Source: Styela clava
Taxonomy: Eukaryota
DNA: 64,000 nucleotides
Reading direction: 5' to 3'
Assembly: GCF_964204865.1 (NCBI RefSeq)
Contig: NC_135254.1
Coordinates: 18,228,001 to 18,292,000, forward strand
Shown here piece by piece: positions 1 to 12,566 of this stretch (its first letter is position 1; every line of letters begins with the position of its first letter). Both the position numbers and the translations under genes were made by a program. Below the pieces are notes generated by a model, which did not search any database, was not told where the DNA came from, and saw nothing but the letters and a program-made list of their open reading frames with translations.

Positions 1-2850
1 ATTGCGCTTGGATAACCAAGACACTCGCAGCCATAATTTTTGAAAACTCTTAACCGCTATGTTGATCCACTAGCCATCCAACAAGATGTTCCATATGAGA
101 CTGTTGGCCCAATTGACTATACTCAGTTTATACCTAAAGCGTATGTCGTGTCGTGAGCTCATCATTAGCAACCTTTCCCTAGCATAGGCCTACTGAAGAG
201 TTCGACTATGTCCGCAGCGCAATATTTATGTAGCGACAGGGAAGTAATATTGTTGGACACGAAGCATACTGATAATATACTGAAATATACACTGACATGT
301 TAGCAATTTCGATTGATATTGTCGTGAAATCGAATGACTTAGGATGCCTTCTATAACCTCGGATGAAAATTTTGATTCGATATTTCTTGACCAAAACCAC
401 GTATTTCAATTTCTCTATCAAACACAAAAACGGTAAGTGCCAAATAAATTTCCCCATGAGCAAATTTGACGTCGCATGTAACAGATAGATGCCTCACCCT
501 ATATTTCTCCCATTCACGATAATTAGATATATGAAACAAATACAATATATCGTCACGCTAATAACCGAAATGCGTAAGTCATTTTTGGCAGTTTCGAGAA
601 AAACGTAAAAAACTTCCTAATGATATTGTTATGCCATTGAGAGTCAATAATTTGCCACGGTTCAATTTTTTGATCATAGCCGGATTTAAGTTAATTTGTA
701 TGACGCAGTTAAGTGACGTCATAATGGCGCACTGTGACTTAGGCAGAAATGTGTCTATGACTTGGGGACATACGCAATTTTGCATATGCACTATATGCAC
801 CAGTCCTGAAAACTAAACATTCCAAAAACGAATGTAATTCTCAGTATCTACAATGTCTAATCCCCAAAATAGTTAATCAGTTTCAATTACATTATTTTTT
901 ATGTTTAAAAATATATATTTCATTAATATATATAACACGTTCTGCACACCCACCAAAATAAGACTAAGATTAAATATAAAGAATAAAACAGCAATGCACC
1001 CAATATAAAAGCCAACCAAGGTGAATTGGACTCGAACAGTGAATATCACAAGTGCACGTCTTCCTATACTGTAGTAAAAATTCAAATTAATACGCGCTAA
1101 GCTAGAATCCGAGATGCAAAAACTCGAAAATACTTTGCCGAGGTTATTTTGCTTTTGTGATGTCACAATAGTCCTGCGGTAACAATGATAATTTATTATG
1201 ATGAAACAATTGCACAAATGTGCATGTCATACTAAATCTCCATTTTTATGAGTTTCGGAATTCTTAAAATAAAATCTGAGTTAACAGACAGGTGCGCAGC
1301 GTTACATAAATACCTATTTTATGAAAAACTCAAAATCGCCAAAAATGACTTACGCCATTCTGTTATTAGCGTGACGATATCTCTGTGAAACGGAGGCGTC
1401 TAAGAGAATGGCAATGCAAAGATGGCAATGCAAGTCATTATTTAGAATTTTTGACGCAGTTATTTCAGCTTCTTTTTGAGCTTTTTCTGTATATTTGAAT
1501 AACCTGTAAATGCTAAGTTGGGTGTGCAGTGTGAGCAAATACATCTCTAGACCTTGTTAAAGAGATGACTTTAAAACGGGTGATTGCGGAAAGCTGACCT
1601 AAGAATCTGCACGTGTCGGGCGCCAAGAGGGAACCGCGCGCCATTCATATAAAGATGAATTGTCAGAAGCAAATAATACTTATCGATTTTCAGTGTCAAT
1701 AAATGTACTAATATTTTTATCTTTATGCGAAGCATACTGAAAAGCTTGACATTAATTAGCTCATAAACATATTCACGATTACAAATAATTGGCATTAAAA
1801 ATCAAAATTACAAGTTCCCAGACGCGAAGTGAACCTTCGGATCGCTTTGGTAAATTGTTGTTGTCGTTGTTGCAAAAGTTTTCATTATCAAAGATGAAAT
1901 AAGTCATTCAAAGGCTTTTAATTTATATTTATTTCAGAATTCTCTTGAGTCTCATGTGACTATCTGATCAAATTATTATCTATTTTATTTAAAAGGGAAT
2001 ACGTTTCATTTCGTATTTTCTCTTATACAAGCATGTTTGCTTAATTTTAAAGGCAACATGACGGAACAACGCTCTCAGATAACAGATTTTTATTGAGTTT
2101 TTACGTCAATTCAAAACGATTATATTATAAAAACGCATAATAAACTAAACAATACCTTTCGGAGGCTATAAAGCTACATTTGTGCTTACATTTAGGCATC
2201 ATGCCACAATGGTTACTTTGATATTCAGTATTTGAGCTGCAATTTTCATAAGTATACCTCAAGTTTGCGGTTTAGGAAGCTAAAAATATTTACCTAATTT
2301 TTTTAAATTTTACTTTTCTTATCATTTTCTACCAACCTTCAATTCAGTGATATAATTTATAGCTTGACGACAATTTGCTATATTTGCGTACTTCAAAAGC
2401 GTGTCAAATTATTAATTATCCTTTTCAACGAATACAAAATCACAAAGTCAAAATTTCAAGTAGACAGAGGTTTTACTTATAAATCAGATAATTTCTTATA
2501 ATTAGGCATGCGACACTTTTCATCGGTACTCTTCATTTTTACTCGCCAAAATCCAAGTGTGCGATTTATAGAGCTAAAAATATTTTCAATTTAATATTTT
2601 CTAGTTCATTCCGAAACGTTCGTACACACAGGCGTGGTTATCTTCTCTACTTAGAACAATATAGCTCACATAAGTATAGAATATTCATATTAGCGATTAT
2701 AATAGGATAAATATTTCAACGGTTGGTGCTAGACCCACTAACCTTTGTTGGAATTAATGAGTTGTGTAAAACAAATGTGTGTAAATGGTGTTTGTAAAAC
2801 AAATTCCTTTCCTAACATAAAAATCTCACATACCCTCCAAATAAAACATA
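1..2850 (+). repeat. Segmental duplication copy A (paralogue of 14900-17045)
   Basis: Collinear similarity, e.g. 160-548 ~ 15118-15506 and 1381-2850 ~ 15511-17045. Confidence 0.88.
551..1376. mobile_element. Non-autonomous DNA transposon/MITE with ~45-bp TIRs and 4-bp ATAT TSD (Sola1-like)
   Basis: TIR CGTCACGCTAATAAC.GAA..GCGTAAGTCATTTTTGGC at both ends, ATAT on both sides. The paralogous empty site at ~15501-15520 has the length expected for a 4-bp TSD. Superfamily is tentative. Confidence 0.8.
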
Positions 2851-3190
2851 AACATAAACGACAGATAAAAAAGATTGTGGTTTTATTTTTATTTCAACTA
2901 ATTCGTACAATAGGTGAAATTGATCTTTTTCAGTTCGTTCTTGTTTTTGTGATTCATGGGAATAGCTTTAAATATAAACTTCACTATCTACTAACATATG
3001 AATGTCAATTGAGACGACTTCAATGACAAAAAAAAAGACTTAAAATTCCGAAGAATAGTTGAGTTCAATTTCACAACACCGAGTAACCTATTTTATCATG
3101 ATTATTAATCGTGAGGCTATTGAATCATAAGGATTTGGCTGTTTTGTAATTATACTGATGAGCATAATCCCTTTGTCAGTTTGGCACCAT

Positions 3191-5115
3191 CTTCTTCTTC
3201 TAGTGTCGTGACATGTTGATGCCGTAAGCTTTGATCCATTGCCTTTTATCCGAGTCCGCTGGTATTGTTGACACCTCTCACCCTGCACATCTAGTGTAGC
3301 ATCCTTATTATTGGCCTACCTCTGGCTCTCCTACTTTCAGTTTGATTTGCCTTGCCGCCTTTAAGAAGGTCCAGTCGGATATCGCCGTATTTTAATTATT
3401 TGCATACTGCTCCTTCACACACCAACAGAAACGTGTCATTGTCTGCCTTTGGTTCCATTACATTTGAACCCACGTACATTTGAACCCATGACAATTGCAC
3501 CTGTATGCTATTGCACCTATGGAATTTTTTTTGTTTCACGGATAGTTAAACCCATACTAACCCTAACCCATGGGTTTTAGCACCCGCATATAGATTGAAC
3601 CCGTGGATATACGCATGGGTTCAAATGTACATGGGTTCAAATGTACGGTCACCTCTGCCTTTAGCAATCTGATTTGTTATAGTGCGACTGGTGTCTTGAG
3701 CTCGATCTTCTTCAGCTTCAGTCATATTCTGCTAGATGATGATGAAAACATGATCTGAATTGCATTCCGCACCCGGATACGTCCGAACCCTTTAAATCGC
3801 TTGTTGAGCAACATGAAATCAATCTGATTATGGCAACGGTCCCCAGGGCTCTTCCAGGTGTAAATGATTCTGGGATGATGTCGAAATAATAACGTGTTCA
3901 TGACAATCATATAATTTATCTTGCACCCCTCAACCTGAGGACCCCCGCTCATTTCGCACACCTAGTCCGAATGGACCCACTGCATTGCCGTCTCGGGTAC
4001 ACCCAATCTTCGCGTTGAAGTCGCCCATGATGATCCTGATGTCGCCCGATTTGCATTGATTCATTCATTGATTCAAGTCCAACCGATCATAGAAACCGTC
4101 GATCTCTTCATCGTTGCACTCGGCTGTTGGAGCATAGCACCGGATCACCACTGTATAAAACGGTTTGTCACGGACTCGAATTGGCATATGTCGTTCAGAG
4201 ATGCAACAAAAGCCAGCAAGACACTCTGCCATTTTTGAATCAAGTAAAATTTCTACGCCTTTTTCATGCAGTTAGTTATTGCCAGTATAGAAATGTCATT
4301 CCATCATAAAACTATTTTTCCAGCGCCAGGCCACCTTACTTCTGCCACTCCCAGAATGTTCATGTTTAGCCGCTTCATCTCTTTTACAAGATTGACTATT
4401 TTTCAATCCTGATACATGGTTCTCACATTCCACGTAGAAATATTAGCTGATGCAGTAGTTTGATAACGACGGGGTTTCACCTGCAGCGCATAATAATCCC
4501 TGCCGAACGAGACACTGTGATTTTCACCAGTATCCTTTACATTGTTGATCTGGTTTATTTTAGAAGACATTTCATGATTTGAACGTGGCAGAATACATGG
4601 GGTGTTACCTTCCCCAGCGCAGTGGCATCTGAATCGCCTGTTTGCACCTATCCGTTGTCTTAGAGCATCCATATAGCTGCAATTGCTGTAGAGCCGTTGA
4701 TCTGCGAGATATTCATCCGCCTCCATGGCTATTCAATGTCCGGCTGCCTACTTCCATTGTGTCTATTTAGGAAATAGTTCCCTGGGCATTTGTCCAGACA
4801 CCAGAGCGTTATTCAAACACCGGTGGGTCAGGCACATCGTAGACTTTAAGGGATGCTCATCTCCGAGTACGTGATCTCATTGCTGAGACAGCTACTCACT
4901 ATCGCAAAGCGGTTTTCTCCGAGGAGACGGGCACGGACCGTCGTCAGGTACTCGTAGTTGTAACCCATGCAAGACCGCACTCCAACCGGTGCTCTGAGTC
5001 ATCGGTGAATTGAGCCCTTTATCACTGAGAGCTGAAAGCATCCAAGATTACAACTACCTATAGGGCTACTGAAATTGATATGTGCTAAAGCAACGGGATC
5101 AACAGCAGTCCCTTT
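3191..5115 (-). mobile_element. Degenerate, internally deleted RTE-clade LINE (endonuclease region plus 3' end, RT largely missing)
   Basis: Minus-strand remnants ISTWNVRTMYQ, IMGDFNAKIG, YTWKSPGDR.HNQIDFML (APE endonuclease), a C-terminal RRARGRP motif near 3310-3335 and a (GAA)n tail at 3191-3200. Absent from the paralogous site at ~13330. The 5' boundary is approximate. Confidence 0.8.
3451..3653. mobile_element. MULE/Mutator-like MITE, 9-bp TSD TCTGCCTTT, nested in the RTE LINE
   Basis: GG...CC termini, inverted TACATTTGAACCCA repeats, TSD at 3442-3450 and 3654-3662. Confidence 0.88.
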
Positions 5116-6826
5116 CCCAGTTTGAATGAATAGTCATAATTTTTTTTTAATAAATGTGTTGTTCTAGGTCAGGATGGTATAAACCCAGGCCCGCGGGCCA
5201 TATTTGGCCCGCCGCTCCATTTTTTGTGGCCCGTGTCTCATTTGCGCGAGGGTAAACAAAAAATCGCATTAGGCGATGTTTTTTCATAAAAATAACCAGA
5301 AAAATCTTTCAACCTATTGCTATATCACTAATGTCACTGAATTGACTAGTCTTAAGGCTAGCTGAGGCAACTAGCAAAGTTGAATGATGTGCTTGGCAAA
5401 TCTAAATTGTGAATTGGTTACTATATTTTCGGTCGGGAATATATTCTAACAAAATACACTTCATAGAAAACTAAAAATCGAATAAATAATCAATCTATCG
5501 ACCTAGGTTGGCTATGCCTGATAACTAAATATTAATGTAATGACGGACCCATATAATTCCTGCCGTTTATTTTGCAATTAGCCTAAACAGTATTACAAAT
5601 AATGCTGTCTATATGTCAGAAAATTCAGTAATTACTCTGCTGTATCTAAAATTTGGTAATCAATCAATCTGCACTTATTTGTAAGTTATTTTGTAAACAT
5701 GAGTTTGAAAAGAAAGCTGACCAATTCAAACAGATTTTTGACTGGATATCGGAGGGAAATAACACAATGCTTGCTTAATATGTCTGCAGGTTGTGTCGGT
5801 GACAAACTAAAACGGCATTTTCTCCTTATGACACTTTCTTGGTTATTTTGAAATCTTACACTAAATGTAGCACGATTTAGTCCGTTTTTTGCATGTTTTA
5901 GCTTAATAAATGACAAATAATGACCTATGTGTTTGGACAATAAAATATTTCGAGTTCCGGGCATTGGGAATTTTTCCAAACATGTTTGGGGGTGGGGGAA
6001 GTGCCCCCGCCCCCCCCAGTGGTGAGAAAACGTGTGGAAAGCCACGCCCCCTTGGGTAATATGGTTTTTCGCATTTCTTTCTAGTATTCTTCATCCTTGT
6101 TGCTGCATTTCTGTTTTACAAAATTTTTTTTTCTCTTCAACTATTGGACCAATGAACAATTCAAACTTTTTCAAATTTGCACTTCCGCTTTCAAAATATT
6201 TAATACATTCCTGAGCGTTTACGCGCCGTAGCGTTTAAATATAATTTCGAGCCTTATATTTTCAAGTTCGTATAAACGAGGACGTAGTGGTTTTATAACA
6301 TATACACCTCTCAACAATTTCCCCATATTTGCTATGTAATTGTGAACTTCTGTGAAGTCAATTAGGTTTCAATCAACAGTAGTTATTATTTTAAGCGAAG
6401 GTGTCAACGTTACTAATAAAAAATAGTATATATTGACTGAAAATTTTGAAACGTTTATTGCAATAAATTCTACTAATTGCTAATTTTGGTCAATTACCCA
6501 TATCTGTCAATCTCAATGTTTGCTTCGATCACGCTCATTTCCCTACGAACTCGACAAATGAGTAAAACTGACGAATAGTTATGGCTTATTATAATTTTAT
6601 TATTTTTTTGACACGTTATTTTATGTGCGATTTAATTGCATAAAGCACGTTTTGATCAAAAATGATATAATATAAAATAGCAAACAATATATTTTTTCGA
6701 ACTACAGTTTTCCACGGCAGATCTGAAGATTGTGGTTTGAGACAAGTTTTTTTTTGTTTCAACTTTTCTCACAACATGAGAAATTGATCTTTCTGAGTTA
6801 CTTCTTGTATAAATAATACACTGTAA

Positions 6827-6976
6827 CAGTGGTGGGATTCATTTTTTTTTGTCAGCCGGTTCCAACACAAAAGTCATATTATTCAACCGGTTTTATTACA
6901 AAAAATCATTGACAGTAACTAGTAATGCTAACCGGTTCGTTGATCCCATAAAATTCCGTGAGACGGTTCTATAGAA
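6827..6976 (-). mobile_element. Partial, inverted copy of the hAT-like MITE family at 18286
   Basis: CAGTGGTGGGATTC...GTCAGCCGGTTC...CCGTGAGACGGTTCTATAGAA match the reverse complement of segments of 18286-18788. Confidence 0.65.
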
Positions 6977-9900
6977 ATATGAAACAATTTTCCCGTTTTA
7001 TTCTTTAATAACAACAGGAAATTAGTTAGTTGGTTTTGTAAATAATAGTGTGAAATAAATTAAAGAAATGAAGAATGGTATTTATCTATTCGAGGGCTTT
7101 AAAATTTCAAAGTATGTATTATGTGATTACTAAATTCAATTTTACGTTGTCTGGTAATTCATATAGAATGCATATAATACGTTGAGGCATAATAATTGAA
7201 TAGGGCTTGAAACTATCAAACTGCCTAGTGAAATCAGTCGTACCCAGTGGTGCGTTTCACTGAGTTTGCAGGAACACGTTCTGTCGTCATAATCGGCGTA
7301 CCCGTTCTTGTTTAAGACGTCAAACCACATTATCCGAAATGTGAGAACTTGTTGTTAGCGAGGTCAAAAGTTTCAACATCAGCACTGACGCGTACCCATG
7401 CTAAAGGTTACGGGTATAAATAACTTGGGTTTTACTTATATAACATATCCATCTTCTACGAATCTACATTACATATAGTTTCATATTATAGTAATTTCTG
7501 AAAGAAAACTGAAATACAACTAACTCTCGAAAGTTATAAAGCTGTGGGCATATGAGCTGATACACGCAAGAAGAGAAGTACATTATTTATTAGTAGAAAC
7601 GAAAATATCAATTTTTTTTTATTTAATTAGACAAATGACGCTGTATGTAGCCTACTTCCATAATTATTTCTATTTACGTTTATTGTAAGAAACTGACGGA
7701 CGAGCTGTGCTCTTACTAGATGAATTTTTAGTAACCCAATACCTTTATAACTAAATATAAGATATATGTAAATTGGAACATGCTGCTTCAAATTCAATTA
7801 GAAATGTTATCGTTTGAATAACTGCGGATATTGTTGCAAAAATACTTCTTCTATATATCGGAATGACGTAGGTCCTAGATGATTAAAATATAATAACATA
7901 TTGTCATCTTATCTTTGTACAGCGCCTTTTCGAAGAAACATTCACTGGCTGAAACCACTATGTCAACGGGTTAAAAGAAATAATATTTGTTTTTTCACCT
8001 ATGTATCTTTTCCGCCACGTCACAATCTTTCGATATATCGATAAAATATTTGTTTTCATGTAGAAACCCCAGTTTTGTCTGAAGTCAAGTTGTGCATGAA
8101 TTACTATGGCAAAAAGAATACTAAATTTATAACGTGCCTTTGTTGTTTAGCAGCATTTGACAAATTCAAAGAAATATGAGCGTAATTGAAGGGAAATGGG
8201 ATCGCAAAAAATTTGTTACTGGTCATAACTACAAACTTTATTAGTCATTCGAAGGTTTCCGAAAGAAACATTAGTCATCGTTAATTCAATCCTAAATTAT
8301 TTAAGAGAAGTTCAAAATCACATAGAAGGTTTTGGGAAACTGTTTAAAAGTGTATAAATTATTAAATCACTACTTGAACTTGAAATAATAAGGCCCGGAA
8401 TTATATTTAAAAGTCACGGTGCGTGAGGGTTAAGGGTCACAGAAGAAGCAAACGTGGAAAAAAAAGTATTTTGTAGAATTTTTGCGATTTTATAATTATA
8501 CTTCCTCAACTATAAAATCATTACACTAGCATTTTGACACATTGTCAGAATAAAAAAAAATCACTGGGTCGATATTAAAAACTCTAATAAATACTCACGA
8601 ATATATCCAACCTGATAAACTCTATTTGGAGGTTAGTTGAGTTTTCCAAACAAGTTTTAGTTATTAGAAATGTAATTACGGTATATCAAAATAAGAAGTG
8701 ACTTTTACATTACACACATAACAAGCAAATATTTTGTATTTATGTTCTTAAATTTTAATATTTGTTATGTAAAAAATGTCAAATTGCCTATAGGGAACAA
8801 ATAATAACTCATTGTTACACACTATTAACCTATATTTTTGCAACATTAGACTTGATATTCCTAAATAAATTGTCGAAACAAAAATTCAAAATATATTCTG
8901 ATATGAAATATAGGAAAAGGGCGCATGTGATGTTCATTAATATATACCTAACCATAGAAAATATACACTGAAATGATGTATTGAACATTATATGATATTC
9001 AGTTTATATGTCTCTGACTATTTATTACATTGTTTTACATTTCTTTATTATTAATTTTTCATTGTCCAGTCATTATTTTTTAAACCATATTTTGCTGAGT
9101 GACAACTTTTCAAAATTTTTTTTTTTTCAAGTCTAAAATTTAGTTATTGAGAATGGAAAGACACCACTGAACTCTGCTGTGGGAGCAATTTGGGTATTAA
9201 CTAAACAAAGTTTCATATTTTTAGCCGAACAGAGATAATATTTATTTTCAACATTTTCGAACGGAACTAGAGGCTTGGTATATGTCTAAGATGACGTCAA
9301 CAACCTTGGACACCAATTGTAATACTAGGTTGACAAATGACAGTATGAGGACAGCAAAACTGACAATTATGGCAGCCTAATTACAATGAAAAATCTAAAT
9401 TATGGTTTTGTAGGGCGGGCGGAAACAAAATTAAGTCTAGTTCAAATAATAAATAGGACGATAATGAATAGTTAGGCACGCTCTTGAAGTTCACACAAAA
9501 CTATCCATTTTTTTCTAGGTATATGCTCTTGAAAATATTCAATTGGTATATTTTATACAAGTGTTATCTCTTCTTCAAAGTGTCCTTCAAGTTCCAATTT
9601 CAATTTTGTTTTGTAATTAGGCTTTCATAATTTTCACTTCCTATGTCTTTAGAGCATACCCCTATTTTTCAGTCCGTTATAAGTTGTTTACGTAAAAACT
9701 GCTTATATATTTCAGAATGGGGATCTAATTAAACAATTTAGGAAACCGTCGCATGGATTCGGTATATTCCCAGGCGACTTTACTTGAAATAAGACATGTT
9801 GTCGGGTACTGAGTATCTAATTCCGTTTGGAAACGTTGAAAGTAGCAATTATCACCTTTCTACGAAAACTATATAACATCTATTTAGTTAGTAGCTTACG

Positions 9901-11431
9901 CAAATGGTTCCGCTATATACCAGAATGAAATACAGTATAAACAAAGTTTTATAAAATGTTCACTACAACTTTCCAGTGTAAAATTTGCATGGTTAGATAT
10001 AAAAGAAGTAAATATCAAATGCGTCATATTTCCCATATTTATTCATCAGATCATTTATTCATTAAATATTTTGAAGCAACTAGCATGCCAATTTTTTAAG
10101 ATTGTCAAGTCTTATTGAACACTAAATGGGCCTACGGATTGATTTGCTATTATGTTGTTGTTTTTAGCATTCTTTTTCTCCTACTTGTTGTGAAATATTG
10201 TTTTTATCATTAACTACGAGATCAATTGGATTGAAAATTTCATTGGTTAAAGATTGTTTTTTTTTCGCTGTAGGGCTATTACCTTTATTTATTTCAAAAC
10301 TTCTATGGGATTCGTTTTTCTATCCGAAGTTTTGTGTGGTGACGTCAACAAACTTGAAAATGAAAATTATGTCAAGCGGTGTTCATATATTTGAGCATAG
10401 ATTTCTTGTCTTATATTATTTATTAGTGTTGAACAATTAATAATTCTCTTTCTAAAAAAGGATTTAATCGGTGTCGTACACGAAGGTTGTATTCTATTGA
10501 GTTGCTTCAGCGCCTAGATCATCATAGGAATTTCTTCGTCTCCCTCTTAAATCCGAGTGTCATATTTTGAACAATATTAATTACCCCAATACTAATGAAT
10601 ATACATGACTTTTCAAAATTTTTTTCGAAGAAACCATGGTACACATCTGTAGTATTCAGATTTCAATATTCTCTTGAATTTTTATTTCAGTTTTTTTGTG
10701 GTAATTTGTTTGGACGTTTGGAATATTAATCCGGAAAGCGGATTAATATTAATATTAAGCGGAATTTAATTTGATTTGAGAATATTACAAACTAAATCTG
10801 CAATATTTTAGACTAATAAAAGTTACTAACTAGTAACAAAATAAATAATACTTTTTTACGATACAATGTCGTTCCAAAATTTCATCTGAAATATTTTTAA
10901 ATGTTTTTTATTAAATTGCTATGGCAGATCCTAGGATGGTCAAGATTGTCCTATTTCTTTATATATTTTGGTCATATATTGACGTTTCTTATTTCGTATA
11001 GATTCAATTGAGAAAAAAAAACGAATTTTTCAAAACCATCACACTTGAAGATTTAAACGCAATTAAGTAACTTAGTATCTTTACCATAACAGCTTCTGTA
11101 TTTACGCATGTCAATAGGACGCTAGTAGAAATAATGTTTGCTATGTTTGTAAATAAATATGTAAAATGTAAATAATTAGACCTTGTTTTGAAAATCCAGA
11201 ACATTTATTCGGGATTTTAATATCAACATCATTTAATTTAACATCATTTAGTATCATCATCATTGTTTTGAGAATGTGTCGAAACACAAATGCTGCAGTA
11301 ACCAGTGTATAGGTCAGAAGGTATAATTCATAGCAATAACCTGACGCAATATACAAAATGATGTCAGGTAGCTTACAACAATATACCCAATTTTATTTTA
11401 TTCCGAATTTGCCCTTTCCCGTTCAAATTAT

Positions 11432-12566
11432 TCAACACATCCCTAAACCTTTACGCACGGTGGCGTTTAAATATATTTTTGAGCCGTATGTTTTCAAGTT
11501 CATACTTAAACGCGGAAGTAGTGGTTTAATAACATATACACCGCTCAACAATTTCCCAATATCTTCTATATAATTTTGAACTTCTGTGAAATCAATTAGG
11601 TTTGAATCAAAAGTAGTTATCATTTTAACCGAAAGGCGTCAAAATCACCAATTAAAAATATTGTATATTAACTGATAATTTTCAAAACGTTTTTTTGCAG
11701 TAAATTCAATTTATTTTCGAGTAAGGTAAATTTAATACTTTTCCCAATCCTTTAATAGAATTGAGTACCTAATAAACACTCTATAAGATTTCTTCAATTT
11801 CTAGTTTTTTTTTCGGACAAAATAAATACTGACTGATCTGTGTTTGTATATCCATATTGTACCTTGCAAACTTGTACTCCTCCTGACTGCCCTCAATCGT
11901 TTATGCCATAGACAACATACAATATTCGTAAAATTAATTTTATTTTTTAAAAAAATATTGCACTTATGAAATAATTTTAAAGAGTATAGTTTGCAAACAT
12001 TTAATAAATTAAAATGAGTAGGCGAGCTTCATAAAATATCAACAGCAAGCTATAATTATGTTATATCCAGTTTTTCCGTGGAAATGGCTTCTCGGCTTGC
12101 AATCATTAAAAAGATATTGTTTTTTGTTTAGTTCCGTATCATAATTTATTTCCTCTTTCTCCTCAATAACAGTCAATAAGTTTTTTATTTTTACCCGAAG
12201 ATTCATTTTATATTCCGTCGAAAGTGTTCGCATTTCTGAAAAATATCTTCGAGTTTTCTCAATTTTATTCCACAGGCATATGTTAGATTTGTTGTATGTT
12301 GATTCTACTGGTTCCTCCGATTCTTTAATTGAGCAAAGATCATTTTTTAGGTTTTTCATTTTTCCGTTCTTAGATACAGATATCCGAGTATGCTTTCTCA
12401 TAAATGTTGGTTCATATTCGTTCGCTGTTCGTGTTTTTACTTTCTTCATATTTTGTCTACTAGATTTTGAAGCGTTAAGCTTTACCAGTCTATTGAATGT
12501 GTAATTTCTTCTGTTTTTCCATTCCGTCTTTTCACTATTATATTCAACAATTTCTAAAACGGCCAT
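11432..12566 (-). pseudogene. Possible decayed multi-exon gene of unknown family (175-aa K/E/N-rich ORF plus two small downstream exon-like segments)
   Basis: ATG-started 175-aa ORF 12039-12566; a phase-compatible junction ...STSLQ G|gtac...cacag|AA VQNYIEDIGKLL; the exon-like segment recurs at ~6215-6480 and ~17080-17260. No recognisable domain. Confidence 0.3.
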
